Positions 21,529-31,934 of a DNA stretch of 64,000 nucleotides are shown here, one piece after another. Source of the DNA: an uncultured delta proteobacterium. Its GTDB lineage: Bacteria; Desulfobacterota; Desulfomonilia; Desulfomonilales; Desulfomonilaceae. Positions within the stretch are counted from its first letter, which is position 1; every line of letters begins with the position of its first letter. The stretch is from contig CAWBKB010000001.1 of the NCBI GenBank assembly GCA_963789265.1, positions 608,001 to 672,000 of the forward strand, given 5' to 3'. The notes under the pieces were generated by a model. The model saw nothing but the letters and a program-made list of their open reading frames with translations. It was not told the DNA's origin and did not search any database. Made by a program: the position numbers and the translations under genes.

Positions 21529-23448
21529 ATGCCCGTAAATTTCGATATTTCACTGTTGACCGAAGACGACATTTTCCTGTTTAACGAAGGGAATCACTTT
21601 CGTCTGTATGAAAAGCTGGGCAGCCATGTCATCTCCGAGGAAGGGATAGACGGCGCATATTTCGCAGTGTGGGCCCCGAATGCAAATCGCGTGGGAGTAA
21701 TCGGAGATTTCAATGGGTGGAGTAAAGATGGTCACCTGCTCCGGCCCCGCGGAAGCTCGGGCATTTGGGAAGGCTTCATCTCCGGCATTGGACAGGGCGC
21801 TCGCTACAAATATTGGATTGCGTCCCAGTACAACGGGTACCAAGTGGAAAAAGCCGATCCCTTTGCCAGATACAGTGAAGTGTCACCGAAGTCTGCTTCA
21901 GTTGTATGGGCGACCGATCACAGGTGGCGGGATCAGGATTGGCTCAGGGACAGGAATCGCTATAACGGCGCGAATTCCCCCATTGCCGCGTATGAAGTGC
22001 ATCTCGGTTCGTGGATACGGGTACCTAAAGAGGATAACCGATTCTTTACCTATCGTGAGTTGGCATCGAATCTCGCGGATTACGTTCAGAACATGGGCTT
22101 CACGCATGTGCAGTTTTTGCCGGTAATGGAGCATCCTTTCTACGGTTCATGGGGCTACGAGTCGCTGGGCTACTTTTGTCCGACGAGCCGGTACGGGCCT
22201 CCCGAGGATTTCATGTACCTTATTGACGTGCTCCATCAACGAGGCATTGGTGTCATCTTGGACTGGGTCCCCTCACACTTTCCTACCGATGGTCATGGAT
22301 TGGCTTATTTTGACGGGACTCATCTTTTCGAGCATCAGGACTTCAGGAAGGGATTTCACCCGGATTGGAAAAGCTTCATCTTCAATTATGGGCGAAACGA
22401 GGTTAGAAGTTTCCTGATTAGTAGCGCATTGTTTTGGCTTGATCGGTTCCATGTGGATGGACTGCGAGTCGATGCTGTGGCGTCAATGCTCTATCTGGAC
22501 TACTCGCGCAAAGCGGGCGAATGGATCCCGAACGAGTACGGGGGCCGGGAAAATCTCGAAGCAATCTCTTTCCTGAGACTTCTCAATGAAGAAGTGTACA
22601 AGAATTTTCCTTCCGTTCAAACTGTAGCTGAGGAATCTACGGCTTGGCCCATGGTTTCCCGGCCTACCTACGTAGGTGGGTTGGGGTTTGGCATGAAATG
22701 GGATATGGGATGGATGCACGACACTTTGAAGTATATGTCCACGGATCCGCTGTTCAGGAGATATCACCATAATGAATTGACCTTCCGCATGATGTATGCC
22801 TTCAGTGAAAATTTCGTGCTACCTCTGTCTCATGACGAGGTAGTATACGGAAAGGGATCTCTCCTGGGCAAAATGCCCGGCGATGAATGGCAGAAATTCG
22901 CCAACTTGCGCTTGCTTTTTGGCTATATGTATTCGCAGCCCGGCAAGAAGCTGCTTTTCATGGGCGGTGAGTTCGGCCAGTGGGGTGAGTGGAATCATGA
23001 CGAGAGCCTCCATTGGCATCTTTTAGAGCACCCGCTCCATCAGGGACTTCAGCGCTGGGTTCAGGATTTGAACCGAGTTTACAGGGATGAACGAGGACTC
23101 CATGAGCTTGATTTCGACCAGCGGGGCTTCGAATGGATAGATTGCAATGATTCCGACAGCAGTGTTCTGAGCTTTATCCGAAAAGGGTCGGGGCCGGAAG
23201 ACACACTCGTTGTGGCGTGCAATTTTACACCGGTGCCCAGGCACAACTACATGATCGGAGTCGACTCCGGGGGTTACTGGAAGGAAGTGCTGAACAGCGA
23301 CGCCACACCGTACGGAGGCAGCGGCCAAGGCAACATAGGTGGAGTAGAAGCAGCCCCCATCTCCTGTCATGGGCGAAGCCATTGCCTCAATCTGGTACTG
23401 CCGCCTCTGGCCATGGTCCTGTTCAAGTCCGCGGACCGGGAAACGTGA
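21529..23448 (+). CDS. glgB: 1,4-alpha-glucan branching enzyme
   Basis: FAVWAPNA, GSWGY, GLRVDAVASMLY, AEEST, LSHDEVV. Confidence 0.97.
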   Translation: MPVNFDISLLTEDDIFLFNEGNHFRLYEKLGSHVISEEGIDGAYFAVWAPNANRVGVIGDFNGWSKDGHLLRPRGSSGIWEGFISGIGQGARYKYWIASQYNGYQVEKADPFARYSEVSPKSASVVWATDHRWRDQDWLRDRNRYNGANSPIAAYEVHLGSWIRVPKEDNRFFTYRELASNLADYVQNMGFTHVQFLPVMEHPFYGSWGYESLGYFCPTSRYGPPEDFMYLIDVLHQRGIGVILDWVPSHFPTDGHGLAYFDGTHLFEHQDFRKGFHPDWKSFIFNYGRNEVRSFLISSALFWLDRFHVDGLRVDAVASMLYLDYSRKAGEWIPNEYGGRENLEAISFLRLLNEEVYKNFPSVQTVAEESTAWPMVSRPTYVGGLGFGMKWDMGWMHDTLKYMSTDPLFRRYHHNELTFRMMYAFSENFVLPLSHDEVVYGKGSLLGKMPGDEWQKFANLRLLFGYMYSQPGKKLLFMGGEFGQWGEWNHDESLHWHLLEHPLHQGLQRWVQDLNRVYRDERGLHELDFDQRGFEWIDCNDSDSSVLSFIRKGSGPEDTLVVACNFTPVPRHNYMIGVDSGGYWKEVLNSDATPYGGSGQGNIGGVEAAPISCHGRSHCLNLVLPPLAMVLFKSADRET

Positions 23449-23713
23449 CACTTATCTGTTTCACCGCGATGAAGCATGAGAGATCCGTGTGAAAGGGTGA
23501 TGGCAGTTCGCCCTCAAACAGGTGAGAATCGGTCGTTAGCAAATGGCACTGACCAGGCGCCCAGAATGGGGCTTCCCGCGTCCCGCGGGAAGCTTTGTTA
23601 GATCCGTGCCGCATTTACTTGAACTTCGGAATTGTTTGATCGCGAACTCGATTGATGGACGCGTCCAGCGGCCATGCGTGTTTTTGGCCGGAATTATCAT
23701 TTCAAGGAGCATC

Positions 23714-25210
23714 ATGAACATTCGCGCAAGTGGCATCCTCTTGCACATCAGCTCTCTGCCGTCGCGTTTGGGGATCGGCGACATGGGCCCTTGGGCTTAT
23801 AGGTTTGCCGACTTCTTGGAAGAGACAAAACAGAGTTATTGGCAAATAATTCCATTGACTCCGCCCAATCCTTATCACTATTCGCCGTACCACAGCCCGT
23901 CGGCCTTTGCGGGCAATCCATTGCTGATCAGTCCCGAAATCCTTGTCCAGGAAGGCTTGCTCGATGATTCGGACGTGGAATCCGCCCCATCTTTCCCAGT
24001 GGATCGCGTGGACTTCCCCGCTGTAATGAAATTCAAGGATCAGCTTCTTGAGAAGGCTTTCGAGCGATTTTCAGCCCGCTCCGATCAAACCACGGATTTG
24101 GTTCACTTTTGCTTGGCAAATCAAAGGTGGCTTGACGATTACGCGCTTTTCAACGCGCTTTCAAAGCGATTTCAGGGAAAATTGTGGAGTGAGTGGCCTG
24201 AAGAATTGCGGGACCGGCGCGCCGATACTTTGGAAAGATGGTCGGAAGACCTTAGCGAGGCCATCAAGAAAGAACGGTTTATACAGTATCTCTTTTTCAA
24301 GCAGTGGTACGCGCTCAAAGCCTACTGCAATCGGAAACGAATTCAAATCATCGGTGATCTTCCCGTTTACGTCGATTACAGCAGTGCAGACGTATGGACT
24401 CATCCCGAGTTCTTCAAGCTGGACCCCATGAAAAAGCCGTACGTCGTGGCCGGAGTGCCGCCTGACTATTTCAGTCCGACAGGCCAGTTGTGGGGCCATC
24501 CCATCTACGACTGGGACGCTCTAGAGAAAGCCGGATACTCCTGGTGGGTGGACCGAATCGAGCATAACGTGGCCCAGTGCGATCTACTGCGGATCGACCA
24601 TTTTCGGGGCTTCATGGGATATTGGGAAGTTCCTGCAAGCGAGAAAACCGCTCTCAACGGCAAATGGGTTGAGGGTCCGGGAAGAGACTTCTTCGAGACC
24701 GTCTCACGACGATTTCCGCGACTGCCGATCATCGCTGAAGATCTCGGGGTCATCACTCCGGATGTGCGAGAAGTAATATGTGAATTCGGGTTTCCCGGCA
24801 TGAAGCTGTTGCTGTTCGCTTTCGGCAAGGATTGTCCCACCAACCCTTATGCACCGCACAACATTCCCCGAAATTGCATCGTTTTCACCGGGACTCACGA
24901 CAACAACACAGTCAAAGGGTGGTTCAGACACGAGGCTACGCCTGGCGACAAAAAAAGATTCTTTGGATACATGGGACGGGAAATCGGGGAAGACGATATC
25001 CATTGGGAGATGTGCCGGCTGGCCATGATGACCAGGGCCGACACAGTGATTTTGCCCATGCAGGATATTCTTGGCCTGGGTCAGGAAGCTCGCATGAATC
25101 TCCCTTCGCAAAAGGAAGGTAACTGGATGTGGAGACTCTTGCCCGATCTCCTCACGCCCGAAATTGCCCGGGAGCTTCGACTACTCACAGAGATTTACGG
25201 CAGAGCGTGA
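23714..25210 (+). CDS. malQ: 4-alpha-glucanotransferase
   Basis: RASGILLHISSLP, GVPPDYFS, RIDHFRG, AEDLG, TGTHDN. Confidence 0.96.
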   Translation: MNIRASGILLHISSLPSRLGIGDMGPWAYRFADFLEETKQSYWQIIPLTPPNPYHYSPYHSPSAFAGNPLLISPEILVQEGLLDDSDVESAPSFPVDRVDFPAVMKFKDQLLEKAFERFSARSDQTTDLVHFCLANQRWLDDYALFNALSKRFQGKLWSEWPEELRDRRADTLERWSEDLSEAIKKERFIQYLFFKQWYALKAYCNRKRIQIIGDLPVYVDYSSADVWTHPEFFKLDPMKKPYVVAGVPPDYFSPTGQLWGHPIYDWDALEKAGYSWWVDRIEHNVAQCDLLRIDHFRGFMGYWEVPASEKTALNGKWVEGPGRDFFETVSRRFPRLPIIAEDLGVITPDVREVICEFGFPGMKLLLFAFGKDCPTNPYAPHNIPRNCIVFTGTHDNNTVKGWFRHEATPGDKKRFFGYMGREIGEDDIHWEMCRLAMMTRADTVILPMQDILGLGQEARMNLPSQKEGNWMWRLLPDLLTPEIARELRLLTEIYGRA

Positions 25211-25288
25211 TTGGGACCGCAACAGCGTCATCCTCTGCCTGCACTGCAAAGGTTGCCAGGCGCTGGGCGTACGTCATTTAGTTTCCTT

Positions 25289-25487
25289 GTAACCATTTAC
25301 TTATGCTGGGGAACTTCTTCATCATGTCATTGCGAGGAGCAGATAGTAGGACAGGCATCCTGCCTGTCTATTATGGACGACGGGCAGGATGCCCGTCCCA
25401 CTGGCAATCTAAGCGGCGTTTAAAAGAAAAGATTGCTTCGCTGCGCTCGCAATGACAATCTCTTCCCGCGCGAAAGTGAATGCGTAC
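25289..25487. mobile_element. MITE, IS66-like ends (inverted copy of 4748-4947)
   Basis: GTAACCATTTAC/GTGAATGCGTAC; exact 8-bp TSD GTTTCCTT. Confidence 0.88.
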
Positions 25488-25631
25488 GTTTCCTTGACCT
25501 GACGCCTGCCGGTATTTAAAGTAACTCCCTGCAATGTACTTCCGCGCCCCCTTGGCAGGTTGAGGTACACCATATCTCAATGCCCCGCTTTGAGGTCGAC
25601 AAATAGGTCGAGCCTTTTCCGGAACAAACGT

Positions 25632-26864
25632 ATGAGCGACGTCAGTTCTAATCAGCGGCTTTTAGACAGAATCAACGAACTGGAACGCCGAAACGCGGAC
25701 TTGGAAGCATTGGAGGTGCAGCGCAAGTCCGTCGAAGAAGCACTCCGAGATTCGGAAACCAAGTTTCGATCGGTTGCTGAATCGGCCATAGACGCCATAG
25801 TCCTGACCAACAGTCAAGACAAAGTGATCTTCTGGAACAAAGGTGCCGAAAAGATATTCGGGTACAATGAGAAAGAAGTAATTGGCCGCCCGGTAACCAT
25901 GCTCATCCCTGAATCATTGCGAGAAGCGCATAGCATGGGAGTACGCCGATATTTGGCCACCGGCGAACGCAACATCATCGGCAAGACGAGGGAATTGCAA
26001 GGTCTGACCAAAGGTGAACGAGAGTTCCCGCTCGAACTGTCCCTTTCGACTTGGAGAACGAGAGAAGAAATATTTTTCACGGGAATGATACGCGATATCA
26101 CCCTCCGGAAGAAGGCTGAAAAGGCGCTCGAACACCGAACCATCGAAGCTCGGCAACGAAGCGAGGAACTGGAATCGTTGATCCAGATGGTTGCCCACGA
26201 TTTGAAATCGCCTGTGATAACCATTGGAGGACTGATTCGCCTTCTGCAGAAGAACCTTGCCAACATGCCCGCTGACGCCAGGAGAGACCAAATCCTGAAT
26301 CAGCTTGCCCTGACCAGTGAAACCATGGAAAGATTCCTGCGGGATCTGCTGGATGGACTGGTGTTTGAGCACACTGAGCCTGAGCGGGAAGAGGTTCGGC
26401 TCGGCGAGGTCGTAAGAGAAGTAGTACGACAACATAAGCAAATTATCGACGAGAAGAGAATCGACATAGAAGTAGAGACTGCTGAGGCAGCACCGGTTCT
26501 CGCCGACAGACACCGCATCGCGCAAGTATTGGATAATCTCGTGGTAAATGCTGTAAAGCACATGGAACCGAAAAATGACCCCAAGATTCGGATTGAGGTT
26601 CGCAGCAGTGGAGGCTTGGTTATCACGAGGGTATCCGACAATGGCATCGGAATAGCGGCCGAATACATCGACAGAATATTCGAGCGGTTCTTTCGTGGGG
26701 CAAAATCCGGAGTTCAGGGTGGCACAGGACTTGGACTCCCCATTGCAAAAAAGATTGTAGAAAGTCACGGCGGCCGAATATGGGCTGAGTCCGAGGAAGG
26801 GGAGGGCGCAACTTTTGTTTTCACGCTTCCTAAGTACACGCCCAAGGATTCAGACTCGTCATGA
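25632..26864 (+). CDS. PAS-domain sensor histidine kinase
   Basis: PAS (WNKGAEKIFGY), AHDLKSP H-box, DNGIGI, GTGLGL. Confidence 0.93.
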   Translation: MSDVSSNQRLLDRINELERRNADLEALEVQRKSVEEALRDSETKFRSVAESAIDAIVLTNSQDKVIFWNKGAEKIFGYNEKEVIGRPVTMLIPESLREAHSMGVRRYLATGERNIIGKTRELQGLTKGEREFPLELSLSTWRTREEIFFTGMIRDITLRKKAEKALEHRTIEARQRSEELESLIQMVAHDLKSPVITIGGLIRLLQKNLANMPADARRDQILNQLALTSETMERFLRDLLDGLVFEHTEPEREEVRLGEVVREVVRQHKQIIDEKRIDIEVETAEAAPVLADRHRIAQVLDNLVVNAVKHMEPKNDPKIRIEVRSSGGLVITRVSDNGIGIAAEYIDRIFERFFRGAKSGVQGGTGLGLPIAKKIVESHGGRIWAESEEGEGATFVFTLPKYTPKDSDSS

Positions 26865-26926
26865 GACTATCGACCTGACCTATGAACAGCCAATTCGATT
26901 GTTAGTGGAGTGTGCCAAAAATTTGA

Positions 26927-27850
26927 ATGACATTAATACTCAACAGCGTCATTCCCATATTTGCGATTATCGCGCTGGGAACCTTTCTGAGGCGTTTCCA
27001 ACTAATTGACGACACCTTCACCAGGGTGTCCGACAAGCTAATTTATTACATATTTTTCCCTGCGCTCCTTTTTTGGAAGATAGGAAAGCCGGCAGCAGGT
27101 GCAACAATAGAGACGCGCCTGATACTTGCAGTGCTTTGTGCCGTCTTCTGTGTGTTCCTGTTGAGTCTTGTGTTCGTCAAGTTATTCAGAGTGCCGGATC
27201 ATGCTGTCGGCTCGTTTTCGCAAGGCTGCTTTCGGTTCAGCACGTACATAGGTATGGCTGTCATGTTGGCCGCGCTGGGTGAAGAGGGTGTCAGGCAGTT
27301 AGGGGTGCTCATAGGCTTTGTTATCCCTTTCATAAACGTTCTGGCCGTCTCCACCTTGATTTGGTTCTCCGGCGAAAGTTATGCCTGGCCTCGCAAGGCG
27401 ATCTTGCTCGTCAAAGCCACGCTGCTGAATCCTCTGATTATAGCCTGCATGCTGGGCATCCTGTATTCAGAGCTGAACACCCCGTTTCCCGTCTTTGTGG
27501 ACAACACTTTGGGCTTGACATCTCTTCTCACATTGCCCCTCGCCCTGATTTCCATAGGGGGATCCCTTACTCTGGAGAAGCTCAGGGGTCACCTAAAGTA
27601 CGCCTCTGTTGCCGCTTTGTTCAAATTGATTATCATACCGGTTGTTGGCTATTCTTGTTTACGACTTTTTCATGTTTCCGGCCTGCCGTTTACGGTTGCG
27701 ATGATATATTTTTCCTTGCCCACATCGCCCAACAATTACATTCTGTCCGCGCAGCTCAACAGCGACGTGGATTTGGCCACTGCGACCGTTGTTTTCTCGA
27801 CTCTCTTGTCGATCGGTTCCCTGTCTGCGATCCTCATAATTTTCGGCTAA
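26927..27850 (+). CDS. AEC-family transporter
   Basis: Multi-TM protein with YIFFPALLF, NPLIIA and LPLALISIG. Confidence 0.88.
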   Translation: MTLILNSVIPIFAIIALGTFLRRFQLIDDTFTRVSDKLIYYIFFPALLFWKIGKPAAGATIETRLILAVLCAVFCVFLLSLVFVKLFRVPDHAVGSFSQGCFRFSTYIGMAVMLAALGEEGVRQLGVLIGFVIPFINVLAVSTLIWFSGESYAWPRKAILLVKATLLNPLIIACMLGILYSELNTPFPVFVDNTLGLTSLLTLPLALISIGGSLTLEKLRGHLKYASVAALFKLIIIPVVGYSCLRLFHVSGLPFTVAMIYFSLPTSPNNYILSAQLNSDVDLATATVVFSTLLSIGSLSAILIIFG

Positions 27851-27878
27851 CAGACATGGTTTGATAGGGATTCTGTTT

Positions 27879-28103
27879 TCTCGTTCCCAGGCTCTGCCTC
27901 GCCCCCGATTGTGTAACAAAGGCGGTTTGCGGGCAGAGCCCGCCAGGTATGGATTCAAATCGAGGCAGGGGTGCAATTCGTGGCACGATCGACTTTTGCC
28001 CCGGTAATCCCGCGTTCCGCGGGACCGGGCTATTATCGGCAGTCCCTACGGGACGCTTGCATTTGAGTCCCATTGGGGCGACAGAAAGTGGACCGGTGCT
28101 TCA
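27879..28103. repeat. REP-like modules shared with 40521-40700 and 52496-52649
   Basis: TCTCGTTCCCAGGCT.TGCCT and TTCGTGGCACGAT...CATTGGGGCG.AGAAAGT homologies. Confidence 0.7.
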
Positions 28104-28312
28104 GAAACTGTCTCAAAAACAATGAAGCGGTCGGAATCGTAGCACGAATCCCTCACCCTGTGCCCCTCTCCCAGAGGGCGAGGGAAGAGCAAAACTGCCC
28201 TGGATCTGCTCCCTCTCCCTCTGGGAGAGGGTTGGGGTGAGGGCGACGACTATACGAATGAGCCTGAATCGTGCCACGATTCCAGGCATCAAATTAGTTT
28301 TGGGACAGTTTG
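28104..28312. mobile_element. MITE, IS1182-like ends
   Basis: GAAACTGTCTCAAAA/TTTTGGGACAGTTTG; homologous to 5068-5279. Confidence 0.85.
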
Positions 28313-28390
28313 GGAAATCGTCCCACACGCCACCGAGAACTTTTTGCTTGACAGACTCAGTTCATAACGATAGTAAACACCGATGCAGAA

Positions 28391-28407
28391 CATCGTAATT
28401 TACGATG
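28391..28407. promoter_or_regulatory. Palindromic operator upstream of the DCCP gene
   Basis: CATCGTAA-T-TTACGATG perfect 8-1-8 palindrome downstream of TTGACA (28348). Confidence 0.55.
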
Positions 28408-28451
28408 ACGGCACGAGATAGAATACAGATCACCGTAGGGAGAACGATCTC

Positions 28452-29730
28452 ATGAGCACCACTTATGAACCAATGTGGCGGGAGCTTGGACTGGATCTTG
28501 AAGCCCACGACGCGCTTCTACAAATCCTGGGAAAACGGTATCAGGATATCTTTCTTAGCCAGAAGGACCGCCCGGCAGGCATGGATTACTTCAACTTTGT
28601 CATGAGCGAGGTCCACGGCCTGAGGATCAAAGAGCTTCTTGACGGAAAGAAACAAGGTCACAAGGTCGTCGGTTGCTATTGTGTTTTCGTTCCTGAAGAA
28701 ATCGTTCGAGCTGCGGATGCCACCGCTGTGGGCTTGTCGCGCGGGAGCGGAATTCGCAACTGAGGAAGTTGAAAAGATACTTCCGCGTAACACTTGCGCT
28801 TTGATCAAGTCCGCGTTCGGATTCAAGCTCGGTAAGGTGTGTCCGTACGTCGAAGCCTCGGACATGATCGTCGGGGAAAACACCTGCGACGGCAAGAAAA
28901 AATCCTACGAAGTTCTGGACACCCTGGTCTCGAACCTCTACGTGATGGATCTCCCGCAGATGAAATCAGATGACGGTCGGGCCCTATTGAGAGCTGAATA
29001 CTACAAGTTTAAGACTGCTATGGAAGAATTAACCGGAGTTACCATGGACGCCTCTCGCCTTAAGAAGGGAATCGAAATCGTCAACAACAAGCGTAAAGCG
29101 ATCCATAGGCTATCCGAGCTGAGGAAGGCCGACCCTGCCTCCATTTCCGGTTTGGATGCGCTTCTGATAAATCAGGTGTTCTTCTACGACGATCCTGTTA
29201 GGTTCACCGAATCCGTCAACAAGATTTGTGACGAGCTGGAGGTGCGAGTCCGCGACAAGAAAGGCGTGTACCCGCAAGGTACGCCTCGTATCCTCCTGTC
29301 CGGGTGTCCTATGGCGGTACCCAACTGGAAGCTGCCATGGGTTATCGAAACATCGGGAGCTGTTATCGTGGGAGAAGAATCCTGTGTGGGTGAGAGAGGC
29401 ACTCGCAACCAAACCGACGATTCCGGCGCCACAACGGATGAACTGATGGAAGCTATTGTGGATCGGCATTTCAAGATCGACTGTGCCGTCTTCACACCAA
29501 ACCCGGACCGTCGCGAGCACGTCAAGCAGATGTACGCTGATTACGGGGCGAACGGAGTCATTCATTACGGGTTGCAGTTCTGCCAGCCCTATCAGATAGA
29601 GTCTTTGCCGGTGGAAAATGCTCTGGAAGAATCAGGTATCCCGACATTAAGAGTGGATACTGACTACAGCGTGGAGGATGTTGAACAGGTTAAGACAAGA
29701 GTGGAGGCATTCATCGAGCGAATCAAATAG
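28452..29730 (+). CDS. Double-cubane-cluster protein (2-hydroxyacyl-CoA dehydratase family; frameshift 28738)
   Basis: MWRELGLDLEAHD, SEVHGLRIKEL, CVFVPEE, LPRNTCALIKS, ENTCDGKKK, EESC, IDCAVF, LQFC. Removing C28738 restores GLCAG. Confidence 0.88.
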
Positions 29731-29823
29731 CAAGAATCTCTGCTACGGGATGAAGCGGGAACGAATTCGCGTTTAAAATTATGAGAAAATCCCCTCTGCC
29801 CCCTTCTGTAAAGGGAGTAGGGG

Positions 29824-30010
29824 TATGGGCGTTAAAATAGCCCAGTGGGACTCAGCGTTCCCCCCTTTTTAAAAGGGGGGCCAGGGGGATTTTGCTTTAA
29901 CTCCTTGGAAATCCCCCTAAATCCCCCTTTAAGAAAGGGGGACTTTGATGGCCTGTCAGCGACGTGAAGTGCTCTAAACTATCAGAATTAGCTCTAATTT
30001 AACGCCCATG
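29824..30010. mobile_element. MITE, CAT-terminus family, same cargo as 778-943 (inverted)
   Basis: TATGGGCGTTAAAATAG/CTAATTTAACGCCCATG; imperfect TSD AGGGAGTAGGGG/AGGGAAAGGGG. Confidence 0.8.
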
Positions 30011-30056
30011 AGGGAAAGGGGATTATGAATGCGAATTCTTATGACAGGAGGAAGAA

Positions 30057-30809
30057 TTGGTCGTCACAGGAATTGATATAGGCTCAAGGACAATTAAGCT
30101 GATAGTCTTGGACTCCGAACGCGGCTGCGTCCTGTCGTCCCGCAAGGCCGAAACCACTTTCAGACCTCTGGAGCAGAGCAAGTCGATTCTTGCCCAGACC
30201 CGATGGGACCGGTTGATAGCCACGGGTTACGGCAGGAAGCTGGCTCAAGATCATTTTAGCGCAGAAACAATTACGGAAATCCAGGCACACGCCCTGGGGG
30301 CTCGGAGTCTGTTCCCCGACACCAGCTCTATCCTTGATATCGGAGGACAGGACACCAAGGCCATCGCGTTGGACGATCGGGGCCGAGTTCGAAAATTCGA
30401 AATGAATGACAGGTGCGCCGCGGGTACGGGCAAATTCCTGGAATTGATGGCCACGAGTTTTCAGCTTTCGGTCGAAGATTTTGGAGAGTTTGCCTTGCAA
30501 GGCAAACCGGGCCTGGTCATTAATAGTATGTGCACGGTTTTTGCCGAGACAGAGGCCACTTCCCTTATGGCGCGGGGACACAAACCTCAGGATATCGCCC
30601 TGGCACTCCACCTTTCTGTGGTGAAGCGCTCGTTGTCAATGCTCAAAAGGATGTCAACGAACGGGGTCCTGGTCTTTTCCGGTGGGGTGGCACGCAACCG
30701 ATGTGTGGTGAAGCTAATCGAGAGGGAAACAAAGTCGAAACTGTTGATTCCGGAAGATCCGGATATGGTCGGCGCACTGGGGGCCGCATTGCACGGCGCC
30801 CGAAACTGA
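30057..30809 (+). CDS. ASKHA-type Fe-S activator ATPase (HgdC/BcrAD/DCCP-R family)
   Basis: GIDIGS, ATGYGR, DIGGQDTK, MNDRCAAGTG, CTVFAE; RBS AGGAGG. Confidence 0.93.
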   Translation: MVVTGIDIGSRTIKLIVLDSERGCVLSSRKAETTFRPLEQSKSILAQTRWDRLIATGYGRKLAQDHFSAETITEIQAHALGARSLFPDTSSILDIGGQDTKAIALDDRGRVRKFEMNDRCAAGTGKFLELMATSFQLSVEDFGEFALQGKPGLVINSMCTVFAETEATSLMARGHKPQDIALALHLSVVKRSLSMLKRMSTNGVLVFSGGVARNRCVVKLIERETKSKLLIPEDPDMVGALGAALHGARN

Positions 30810-30875
30810 CTTCTCCAAGCCGGAAATCTGTGGGCCGCGGGGCGATCACCCGCAATACATCTCTTCCCCCGAAAA

Positions 30876-31934
30876 TCATGTATATATGCTGGAGTATGGG
30901 ATCGGTCGCACGTCTCCGCTTAAAGGGGGGGGGACAATGAGCTGCAAGTCGACGTTGAGCCACTGATAATCGGGGTTCAGTTCTCTCAACTTGCCGTCGT
31001 CCGGGGGAGAGGAGTGCTCGTTGTGAGTGTAGGTCACGAGAAAAATGCCAACTCCGTATTTAGTGGTTTTGTCGATCAGATAGGAGTTGATGAACTCCTT
31101 TTCCGTGATGTTGACCTTACGAGCAAGCTCCCTGAAGTCATCAATCGGGATTCGAATGAGCACGTACTTTGCGATTCCCTGCTCCGAGGTACGAATCAAC
31201 GTGCGGGCCTCTGAAGAAGAGATATACACAGTTGATATGAAGTCGAATCTGGCCATATAACGCGCGGCCACCAGTGCGGCAGTCCGCCTTCCGCCGACCG
31301 TGTGATGGAATCCATAATACTCATATAGCTTCTGCTGCAGATTTTCGGCCGGTCTCTCCCCCTTTTCATACAATTCCTTAGATATATACCTCAGCCAACG
31401 CCCCAAATCCTCAGCCGCGTCAGCTACGGGCCAGTCTATGCGCACATGAAAATGGGTGAGTCCGAACCTGTACCTGGCCTTTATGGTGGGGTCTCTCTGG
31501 ATTAGCACCGCGAAGTCTTCTTTGAGGAGCTTCTTCAGAAGGTTTACGAATTCGGTATTCTCAAAATAGCGCATTCGTTGGTGGAAAACATCTTGAAGAT
31601 CAAAAACGCCCAGCCCGCCCAGGTTCTCCTTTGTGACTTTGTTGGAATCGAAAAATCGGATGTTGGTCTTCGCGTTGGCCGGAAGAGTGTCCTCATTGAA
31701 TATCACGATGAAATGACGTTGTTCCGGATATTCAGGCCCGACTATCTTTGCCCTGGGTTTTAGCTGGCGCATCTCGACAAAAGGATAGCTCTCATCGCGA
31801 TTCCTGAAAGCCATATAGGATTCGATCAGAGATTCAGTGACTAAAACGCTGTCCAGCTCATCTCTAAGAAAAAAGTACAAACAACGGCGAAACCTCTCAT
31901 TCCAAGATATTTCGTTGCGTCGCAAGAAGGGCAT
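30876..31934 (-). CDS. Hypothetical protein of unknown function
   Basis: Long ORF with globular-protein composition; no family recognised; start uncertain (31934 or 32036). Confidence 0.75.
   Translation of the reverse strand: MPFLRRNEISWNERFRRCLYFFLRDELDSVLVTESLIESYMAFRNRDESYPFVEMRQLKPRAKIVGPEYPEQRHFIVIFNEDTLPANAKTNIRFFDSNKVTKENLGGLGVFDLQDVFHQRMRYFENTEFVNLLKKLLKEDFAVLIQRDPTIKARYRFGLTHFHVRIDWPVADAAEDLGRWLRYISKELYEKGERPAENLQQKLYEYYGFHHTVGGRRTAALVAARYMARFDFISTVYISSSEARTLIRTSEQGIAKYVLIRIPIDDFRELARKVNITEKEFINSYLIDKTTKYGVGIFLVTYTHNEHSSPPDDGKLRELNPDYQWLNVDLQLIVPPPLSGDVRPIPYSSIYT

Noticed and set aside
25914..26768. Long antisense ORFs (also 32371, 33313, 41463, 43480)
   Set aside because: Shadows of well-supported genes on the opposite strand.
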